Shown one piece after another: positions 14,830 through 23,300 of a DNA stretch of 41,969 nt. Source of the DNA: a virus; IMG/VR virus record IMGVR_UViG_3300021961_000005; one strand, given 5' to 3'. Made by a program: the position numbers and the translations under genes. The notes beneath the pieces are model-generated. The model saw only the letters and a list, made by a program, of their open reading frames with translations, did not search any database and was not told where the DNA came from. Each line of letters opens with the position of its first letter. Position 1 is the first letter of the stretch.

Positions 14830-17616
14830 ATGGCAAAACTCATCCAGCCCAGCTTTGCCGGTGGTGAGGTATCCCCTTCTGTAGCAGCCCGCGTCGATCT
14901 ATCGAAGCGGGCGGCTGCCGTTGAGCGGGCCGAGAACTTCTTTGTTCGCGTCACTGGTGGGATGGAGAGCCGCCCGGGCATGCGCTTTATCGCCGAGGCC
15001 AAGACCACTGGCACCACGCGCCTGATCCCATTCGAGTTCAACACCGAGCAGACCTACATCATCGAGCTCGGCGATCAGTACATGCGCTTTTACACCTACG
15101 GCGGCCAGATCCTGAGCGGCGGCTCGCCCTACGAGATCGCGACGCCATACCTTGCAGCTGATCTATTCGCCATCGAGTTCGCGCAGAGCGGCGACGTCAT
15201 GACGCTCGTACACCCAAACTACGCACCGCGCGAGCTAGTGCGTATCACCAATACCAACTGGACGCTGACCGAGATTTCGTTTGAGCCCAGCCAAGCTCCG
15301 CCCACCGCATTGTCGCTGACCAACAACTACACTCAGAGCGGCGACATAGCGTCAGTCACCAAGGCCAACCCGGCTGTGGTCACGTCGACAGGGCACGGGC
15401 TGTCCACCGGTGCCGAGATCGAGATCACGGGCGTCGTCGGCATGACTGAGCTCAACGGCAACACCTACCGCGTTGTCATCATTGACGGCGACACGTTTCG
15501 GTTGGAAGGCGTCGACAGCAAAGGCTACAACAATTACAACAGCGGAGGCACATGGACCGTCAACGGCGACACCCTTAAATACAAGGTCACGGCCAACAAC
15601 CGAGACACGTTTGAGGAGAGCTTGGCTGGGCTTAGCTCTGCGACGCTGTCGATCACTGGCGCAACACAAGCCAACCCTCTAGTGATCACAACCGCAGTTG
15701 CTCACCAGCTGGAGTACGGCGACGAGATTTACATCAACAACGTCGGCGGCATGACGCAGCTTAACGATCGCCGGTTTCTTGTTCTGGATACCCCGACTTC
15801 GACAACTCTCCAGCTAATGAGCACCGGGCGCGCGGTCATCGACAGCACCGGGTACACGGCCTACACATCAGGCGGCACCATCCAGACGGCGTTTGTCAAG
15901 ACGCGGGCTACTGCCCAAAGCTGGGACAACACCGTTTTTTGGACGGCTGCGGCAGACGCCGATACCTATAACGTCTACCGAGCCGACGATAATGGGGTCT
16001 TTGGGTTTATTGGGCGGGTCGATATTGATGCTTTCCACGATGTATTTATCGAAGCCGACATTGGCGACACTGCCCCGCTCGCCGCCAATCCATTTGAGGA
16101 AGGTGCGGGCTTCTGGCCAAGTATCACAGGCTTCTTCCAGCAGCGTCAGATCTACGCCAATTCGGATGCATTCCCCAACAGGTTCTGGATGACGCAGACC
16201 GGCGTGTTCTACAACTTTGCCACCTCCTCGCCTCTGCGCGATGACGACGCCATTGTCGCCACCCTGTCTGCCCGCCGCATCAACGAGATCCGCCACATCA
16301 TTCCCCTCAGTGATTTGGTGATCCTGACCACCGGCGCAGAGTTTCGCGTCAAGGGCGCTGGCGATGCTGCGTTCACCCCACCCACCATCAATATCAAGCC
16401 GCAGAGCTACTACGGATCGACCGCCCTGCGCCCGATCGTTGCCGGTGACGTGGCGCTGTACATGGCACCGGGCAATTTCATTCGCGAGCTGTCCTATGAG
16501 TTCGCCACCGACAAATTCACAGGCCGTGACATCACCGTCCTTGCGCGGCACCTACTGGATTACAACGACGTCGTAGACTGGGGGTTTGCCTCCTCGCCGT
16601 ACGATCTGATCTGGTTGGTTCGCGATGACGGCACCGCGTTAACGCTCACCTACCAGCGTGAGCAGGAGGTCTTCGCTTGGACCCGTGCCTCGACGCAGGG
16701 CGACTTCAAGAGCGTTGCTGTGGTCCGTGAGGGCGATCACGATATTCCGTATTTTCTCGTGCAGCGCACGATCAACGGCACCGTCAAGCAGTTCGTCGAG
16801 CGCCTCGATGAGCGCGAGTTCGACGACCTGCAGGATGCGTTCTGCGTCGACTGCGGGCTGACGCTCGATGTGCCGATCACCATCACCAACATGACGGCAG
16901 CCGATCCCGTCGTGGTCACCGCCCCATCGCACGGGCTGAGCAATGGCGACACCGTCGACCTCTCGGACGTGATCGAGGTATCCAGCAGCAACACCCGGCG
17001 AGAAGTGGCATCGACAGATTACACCGGCACCGGCTTCACCGTGGCCAACGCCACGACGAACACCTTCGAGCTCAATCTCAATGGTTCGGGGTACGACGGT
17101 TCTGGCTTCGCTGCTTACTCTTCCGGTGGCGTAGTCAGGAAGGCGGTCACCACTTTGTCCGGGCTGGCTCACCTTGAGGGAGCAGAGGTGGTGGCCGCCG
17201 CCAATGGCTATGCCGAAACGGGGCTCACGGTGTCCGGTGGGTCAGTCACGCTCAGCGCGCCTGCCAGCCGTGTGCACATCGGCCTTCCCTATACCTGCCA
17301 AATGATCACGCTGCCGATCTCGACCTACGGCGGCAGCAACACCGTCGACAAGCGCACCATGAACATCAACCGCCTGACCGTGCAGGTCGAGCGCACCATG
17401 GGCATGTGGACCGGCCCGAGCACCGACCTGATGCGCGAAGCCAAGTTTGGCATGCCTAGCAACTACGGGCAGCCCCTGCCCATGGTCACAGAGGACGTCA
17501 ACACGACGATCAAAGGCGACTGGAGCAAAGAGAAGCAGGTCGTGATCGAGCAGCGTTCTCCGCTGCCGATGACCATCCTCGCCGTAGTGCCTGACGTGGC
17601 TGTGGGGGGCAACTGA
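14830..17616 (+). CDS. Nozzle / tail tubular protein B (T7 gp12-like) with three inserted repeat domains
   Basis: The N-terminus PSFAGGEVSPSVAARVDLSKRAAAVERAENFFVRVTGGMESRPG is typical of gp12-like proteins. Three internal modules of about 70-87 aa lie at 15349-15555, 15646-15882 and 16875-17136. Confidence 0.8.
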   Translation: MAKLIQPSFAGGEVSPSVAARVDLSKRAAAVERAENFFVRVTGGMESRPGMRFIAEAKTTGTTRLIPFEFNTEQTYIIELGDQYMRFYTYGGQILSGGSPYEIATPYLAADLFAIEFAQSGDVMTLVHPNYAPRELVRITNTNWTLTEISFEPSQAPPTALSLTNNYTQSGDIASVTKANPAVVTSTGHGLSTGAEIEITGVVGMTELNGNTYRVVIIDGDTFRLEGVDSKGYNNYNSGGTWTVNGDTLKYKVTANNRDTFEESLAGLSSATLSITGATQANPLVITTAVAHQLEYGDEIYINNVGGMTQLNDRRFLVLDTPTSTTLQLMSTGRAVIDSTGYTAYTSGGTIQTAFVKTRATAQSWDNTVFWTAAADADTYNVYRADDNGVFGFIGRVDIDAFHDVFIEADIGDTAPLAANPFEEGAGFWPSITGFFQQRQIYANSDAFPNRFWMTQTGVFYNFATSSPLRDDDAIVATLSARRINEIRHIIPLSDLVILTTGAEFRVKGAGDAAFTPPTINIKPQSYYGSTALRPIVAGDVALYMAPGNFIRELSYEFATDKFTGRDITVLARHLLDYNDVVDWGFASSPYDLIWLVRDDGTALTLTYQREQEVFAWTRASTQGDFKSVAVVREGDHDIPYFLVQRTINGTVKQFVERLDEREFDDLQDAFCVDCGLTLDVPITITNMTAADPVVVTAPSHGLSNGDTVDLSDVIEVSSSNTRREVASTDYTGTGFTVANATTNTFELNLNGSGYDGSGFAAYSSGGVVRKAVTTLSGLAHLEGAEVVAAANGYAETGLTVSGGSVTLSAPASRVHIGLPYTCQMITLPISTYGGSNTVDKRTMNINRLTVQVERTMGMWTGPSTDLMREAKFGMPSNYGQPLPMVTEDVNTTIKGDWSKEKQVVIEQRSPLPMTILAVVPDVAVGGN

Positions 17617-18065
17617 TGATCCGTGAGCTAAACCACGATGACCTGCCGCAGCTGCTGGAGCTGGCGCGCGAGATGCACCGCACGGGCGTCTATGCCGCCT
17701 ACCCTATGGACGAGGCCCGCGTCGCGTACATCCTGACCCGCCTGATCGAGGTGCCAGAGGCGCTGTCGATCGGCTATGAGGTCAGCGGCGAGCTGGTAGG
17801 TGCGTTTATCGGGGAGATCATCCAAGATCTTTGGATCGATGTGCGCGTCGCTGCTGATCACGCATTCTATGTGCGCGAGGCAGATCGAGGCAGCCGCGCC
17901 GGTATTATGCTGCTGCGAGCCTTCGAAAAGTGGGCCGCAGAAACTGGCGCTGACGTTCTGCGCCCTGTCGTGTATGCTGGCGTCGACAACCAGACCGTCA
18001 ACAACGTGCTGCAGCGTATGGGCTATGAGGGCGCGGGCACCGTACACAAGAAGGAGGCCGCATAA
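17616..18065 (+). CDS. GNAT-family N-acetyltransferase
   Basis: The acetyl-CoA motif RGSRAG lies in ADRGSRAGIMLLRAFEKWA. The protein is 149 aa with the typical GNAT layout. It overlaps both neighbours by 1 nt (TGATG, TAATG). Confidence 0.78.
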   Translation: MIRELNHDDLPQLLELAREMHRTGVYAAYPMDEARVAYILTRLIEVPEALSIGYEVSGELVGAFIGEIIQDLWIDVRVAADHAFYVREADRGSRAGIMLLRAFEKWAAETGADVLRPVVYAGVDNQTVNNVLQRMGYEGAGTVHKKEAA

Positions 18066-18631
18066 TGTGTATCAGTGCAACCGTCTTAGCGATCGCCTCC
18101 ACCGCACTCCAAACGGTCAGCGCGGTCCAGCAGGCCAACGCCCAAAAGGCGCAGGCAGAATACAATGCCGCCGTCGCCCGCAACAACGCCATCATTGCAG
18201 GACAGAATGAAGCGGACATCATCCAGCGAGGTGAGGTCGCTCGAGATATTCAGCGCATCCGCATTGACCAAACCATTGGCGCGGCTCGCGCCGTTATGGC
18301 AGGCAGTGGCCTGTTGCTTGAGGGCGGTGGAGAGACCACAACAGGGGCGCTGCTTGGCGACCTGCAGACCGCAGGCCAGTTCGACATCATGACGCTCAAA
18401 GGCAACATCGACCGAGAAGCCCGCCGCGCCAGAATTGAGGGCGTTCAGTTCCAAGCACAAGCAGGCTTGTTTGATCTGCAGGCGTCATCGATCAACCCAA
18501 TGCTCGCCGGTGCAGCTGCCGGGTTCTCCAGCCTAGTCTCCAGCGCAAACATCTTTGCTCCCAATACGCCAACCTTTGGCAGCAGTGGCCAGACCCGGCC
18601 CCGTGCTCGCCCGGCGGATCTTCTTGGTTAA
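18065..18631 (+). CDS. Internal virion protein (gp14-position)
   Basis: Hydrophobic N-terminus ISATVLAIASTAL followed by an A/Q-rich helical region. The call rests on position in the T7-like order gp12-(13)-14-15-16-17. Confidence 0.5.
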   Translation: MCISATVLAIASTALQTVSAVQQANAQKAQAEYNAAVARNNAIIAGQNEADIIQRGEVARDIQRIRIDQTIGAARAVMAGSGLLLEGGGETTTGALLGDLQTAGQFDIMTLKGNIDREARRARIEGVQFQAQAGLFDLQASSINPMLAGAAAGFSSLVSSANIFAPNTPTFGSSGQTRPRARPADLLG

Positions 18632-18643
18632 GGATAAATCTGC

Positions 18644-20374
18644 ATGGCTCTTCGTATCCCAACACCGGACATTCAAGGCGCACAGCGCTTAGGTGTAGCG
18701 CAGGCACAGGCTGCGGACACCCCGTTTCAGCGCCTGACCTTACCCGATACGACGTTCAACTCGCGCATGCTGCAGCAGCTCGGCGAGAGCGGGGCGCGGT
18801 TTGCCAACTTTATGCAGGAGCAGGAAGACGAGCGTTTGCTGCTCGAGCTGCAGGCTGGCGTCGGAGACTGGGAGCGCAGTACTCTCTATGGCGAGGACGT
18901 CACTGGCGCACCCACCGGGTCGGGCGGGCTGCTGGCGCTGCAAGAGCGTGATGCGTTTGGTATCACGCAGCGCGTTGAAACGAGTTTTGAAGAGCACTTG
19001 GCTGAATACAACGCGAGCCTGACTGGGCTGTCACGCAATGGTCGGTTGGCGGCACAGCAGTTTGCAGAGAGGCGGCGCAATGCGTTACTGGATCAGGCCG
19101 CGCGCTTTGAGTTTCAGCAGCGTGAGGCTTACAATAACCGGCTGCGCCGGGAGGCAGAGGCCGCAGCTGCGCGCGCTGCAGAGACCGCATGGGCGACGCC
19201 AGAGGCGATGGCCGCCGGTGAGGCACGCCTGATCTCGGCCACCACCAACCGGGCTACCTATGAGTTCGCTGGTGTGCCGGACGAAACTGAGCGGCAGCGC
19301 CTGATCGACGAGGCGGTCGCTGCAGAGGTAGAGCAGTTCCAGCGCACGGCAGTCATGCGGGCGATCGGTCAAGGGCAGACACAGGTTGGTCGTCGGCTTT
19401 ATGACGAGGCCGTAGATCGCGGCACCATTACACTGACTGAGGACGACCTCCTGACCCGCACCGTGCAGTACGGTGAGCAGATCGATGTCGTCATCAACGG
19501 GGCGACGTCGATCTATCAGCAGTACCCGGAAGACCTCGCTGGGGCGACGCAGGCTGCCAGAAGTATGGGGCTGGATGGCGATACAGAGCGAGATCTCGTC
19601 GCCGAAATCGAGCGCCGCTTCTCAAGCGCTGCCGCCGTCGAAGCTCAGCAGCGCGAGCAGACATTTGAAGCAGCCCGACAATCCTCCTTGAACGGCACCC
19701 TACGCACTGACTTCGACCGCGCTCAGCTCGCGCAATTTAGTTCTGAGGAGCGTGCTTACCTTGATCAGTTAAACAGTGGGGACGACCCAGTCGGCGACCT
19801 GACGCTGTTCAGAACCCTTCAGCTTCTACCCGCTGCAGACTTGGCGGCTTACGACCTCTCAACGGTGGCCAGTCAGCTTAGCACCCGCCAGATGGACGCT
19901 CTGATCGCCGCTCAGCTCGCTGCGCGCAACGTCGGGTCTCGATCTAATCCTTATGCGTGGCAGGGTATCCGTACCGAGCAAACTACCATTGACACGACGA
20001 TCACTGCCATGGGTATCCCCGTCGGTGGGGACGCCCGCGAGGATGATATCGCCAACCGAAACCAACTCTATCTGTTGATGGAGGGAGAGAAGCAGCGCCG
20101 CCTTGCTGCTGGCGAGGCGTGGGACGCCAGAGCCATCTCCGAGTACGCCGATTTCCTGAATACGCCTGTCGTCATATCTGAGGGGGTGGTCTACGGCGTA
20201 AACACCGCGCCTCGCTGGCAGGTGCTGTTGGGGAAGACAGCCGTAGAGTTCGTCCCCGGCGTCCCCCCGGAGGCGCTATCAGCGATCAGGAGGGCCATTG
20301 AAGCTCGTGGGTTACAGGCGACGCCAGAGCTGATACAACAGGTGTACACGCAGTCCCAAGCTGCAACAGAATAG
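18644..20374 (+). CDS. Internal virion protein (gp15-position)
   Basis: 576-aa helical, A/E/R/Q-rich protein. The call rests on position only. Confidence 0.5.
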   Translation: MALRIPTPDIQGAQRLGVAQAQAADTPFQRLTLPDTTFNSRMLQQLGESGARFANFMQEQEDERLLLELQAGVGDWERSTLYGEDVTGAPTGSGGLLALQERDAFGITQRVETSFEEHLAEYNASLTGLSRNGRLAAQQFAERRRNALLDQAARFEFQQREAYNNRLRREAEAAAARAAETAWATPEAMAAGEARLISATTNRATYEFAGVPDETERQRLIDEAVAAEVEQFQRTAVMRAIGQGQTQVGRRLYDEAVDRGTITLTEDDLLTRTVQYGEQIDVVINGATSIYQQYPEDLAGATQAARSMGLDGDTERDLVAEIERRFSSAAAVEAQQREQTFEAARQSSLNGTLRTDFDRAQLAQFSSEERAYLDQLNSGDDPVGDLTLFRTLQLLPAADLAAYDLSTVASQLSTRQMDALIAAQLAARNVGSRSNPYAWQGIRTEQTTIDTTITAMGIPVGGDAREDDIANRNQLYLLMEGEKQRRLAAGEAWDARAISEYADFLNTPVVISEGVVYGVNTAPRWQVLLGKTAVEFVPGVPPEALSAIRRAIEARGLQATPELIQQVYTQSQAATE

Positions 20375-20382
20375 GGGTAGGC

Positions 20383-23300
20383 ATGGCTGACGAACTGGAC
20401 TTCTCGGGCGCACTGGATCGGGTCTTGCAACAGCAGGCCACCGGAGCTCCTACGGTATCGCCAATCCCATCGGCAGCCCCACTTGCCCCAACCACAAACC
20501 TACTGACTGGTGCAGCACCGGCACCATCTCCGTTTGCGGATGCACTGGATCGCGTCATCCGGGGCGACACGGTACCGCCACCTGTAGCCACAGCACCGGA
20601 TATGGTGCCTGATACATCTGCGCTAGGAGCAGACGCCCCGGCTCAATCTGCACAAGAGGCGGCGTCTGGCGTCGCTGCTGCCAACGGCCTGCTTGGCGAC
20701 GGCGTGAGCCCAGAGGTAATTGCAGAGGTCCGCCGTATAGCCAGAGATAAGCGCATCCCCCTGCCGCTTGCAGCGCAGACCTATATTGCGCGGGCTCAGG
20801 CAACCCCGGGCGATCGGTACCGCCGTTTGCTGCAGGAAAACCCCGGCTTGCGACGCATGGCTACCCAAGGCGGCGCATACGCCGACTTCATGCCAGACGC
20901 CGCCGCGCTTGCCACGACAGAGCAGGCGTTCACCGAAGCCCGCAAAGAGTGGTCCGTCGGTGGGGATAGATTAGATGACACGCTGGTCGGGCGCGCGATC
21001 ACGCGCGGCACCCTGCAGACCATCGCCTCCCTACCGGCCCTAGCAGCCTCCTTGGATCTTGGCGTCGCTCTCGATATTGGGGCGACCGAAGAGCAGATCC
21101 TCGAGCGCCTCGCGGCACCGTACGGCGGTTGGGCTGCGATGGAGAACTACCCTGCGTCGATGCGGGTGTCCGTGCTGGCAGCTGCAAGGCAGCAGTACAA
21201 CCTCGTTCAAGGGCTGACCGACGATGATCGAGTTGCTGCTCTTCAGCGGGCGGGCGAGTACTACTTCAGCGCGCAGCAGCTTGTCACCCAAGCGGAAGGG
21301 CTGGTCCGAAACCCCGGCAGCCAGCGCTTTATTACGAACACCCTGTCTCAGGCCCCAGACACGGTTGCCGGGACACTTGAGGCGTTTGCGTCTGACCCCG
21401 TAAACGGCGGGCTGTTCCTTGCAGAGACCATCCTCGAGAGCGCACCCAACATCGCTGCGACGATCATCATCTCGCGGGTGACAGGGTCGCTGTCGCTTGG
21501 TGCTGTGGTTGGTGCAACGGCAGGTGGCGGGCGCGAGTACGTCCTGTCCACTACACAGTTCTTGGCCGAGCGTGGCTACACCATTAACTCGGTCGAGGAC
21601 GCCATAGCCATCCTGCAGAACGCAGAGCTTATGCAAGAGGCGGCAGACTTTGGTTTTGCTCGGGCAATGCCCATCGCGATCCTTGACGCCCTCGCAGGCG
21701 TCGCATCTGGGGTGCGCCTCGGGCGCACTGCCCTCGGTGATGTCGTTGCACAGACCGCCGTTCAGGGGGCATCGGGTGCCCTTGGCGAGATGGGTGCCCA
21801 GATCGGCAGCGAAGGTAAGATCACCAGCGTACGAGATATCACGATCGAAGCGCTTGCAGAGCTACCCACGGCGCTGATTGAGGTGCCGCTTGCCGCAGGC
21901 CGGTCATTTGGGTCGGAGCGCCTTCCGCCAGAGCTCAATCAGCTCCTTGCTCCAAATGGCCTGCAGAGCGCGGCAGATCAGGCCGCCGCAGCACAGCAGG
22001 CGCTGGAGACCACCCGTGCCGCCATCGAGGAGACCGCCACCTTTGCCAGAGACCCTGATGCAGTGCGCGAGCTACTCGTGGCGTCGGGCGATCAGGAGGT
22101 GTCTATCCCCGTGCAAGAGATCGAGCGCCTGTATCAGGAAGGCGCGCTCACGGACGACGACCTCGCGTACCTGAACGTCGAAGACGAGCTGACCCAACAG
22201 GGCGAGCTGTCCGGCGATGTGGTCACGACAGCGAGCCGCGTCCTGACGCTGCAGGGCGACGCCTTTGCCAGCCTTTCCGAGCATGTACGGACGCAGGCTG
22301 GGGCCCCGACTGCAGCCGAGGCGCGTGAGGCCTTGGCTAACCGGGAAGCCGATATCGCGCGCCTGCAGGCAACGCTGGAGCAAGCGCAGAACGTGGCAGG
22401 CGAGATCAACACGCTGGCCGACGCGATCACCGAGCAGCTGCGCTCTACAACCGGTCTATCTCGAGGGCAGGCTCGCGCTGCCGCCCGCCTACTGGCTGAG
22501 CGCTACGCCGCCCGCGCTGCGCTCTTCGAGCCCGGCACGACGGCGCAGAGCCTGTACGAGCGCGACCGTGTGACATTCGAAACTGAGGGTCGGGCCGCAC
22601 CTGCACCAGACCTAGAGCAGCCTGCAATCAGAAACGACCTGATCGCTCGCCGCATGCAGCGCACAGGCGTACAAACTGTTGATGATTTCTGGCAGCGCTG
22701 GCGAGACACCATGGTCGCCACGGCAGGCCCAGATACCCGATTGTCTATGGAAGGCTTATCTGCCCCCATGTCCGGTCGTGTTGAAGCAATGCTTTCTGGG
22801 CTTCGGGAAGAGGCTCGGGCTACCGATTTAGGTACCGTTATTACTCAGCGGTTTGGCCTTAATGACGATGGTACAATCAAAGCCCGCATCCCAAGAGATA
22901 TACTGATCCGGGCAGGTATTAGCCCGACGCCTGAGAACTTGAGCACCGTAATCAGCGCTTTAGAAAGCCCTGCGGACGAGACCCAAACTTTTGAGCAGGC
23001 GGCTGCAGATATTGGAAATGCTCGGCAGCGGCTGGCGGATGATCCTGCGTCCTTGGGCCTAGACCCAGAACTCGCGGCTTCGATCAATCCGATCTACCGG
23101 CCCGAGGCCCTGCCCCCCAGTCGGATGAAGGGGTCGAACCAAGAGGCCGCGCAATTCCTCGAAGACACTTATGCAGACGACCCAATCACCGACCTGACGG
23201 CGGAGATTACCCCTGAGCGCCTAGATCGTATTGCGACCCAGATGGCTGCGGAAACTGAGCTGGCCCTTGAAAGCACCGGCAACGCTGCTGACTGGTACTC

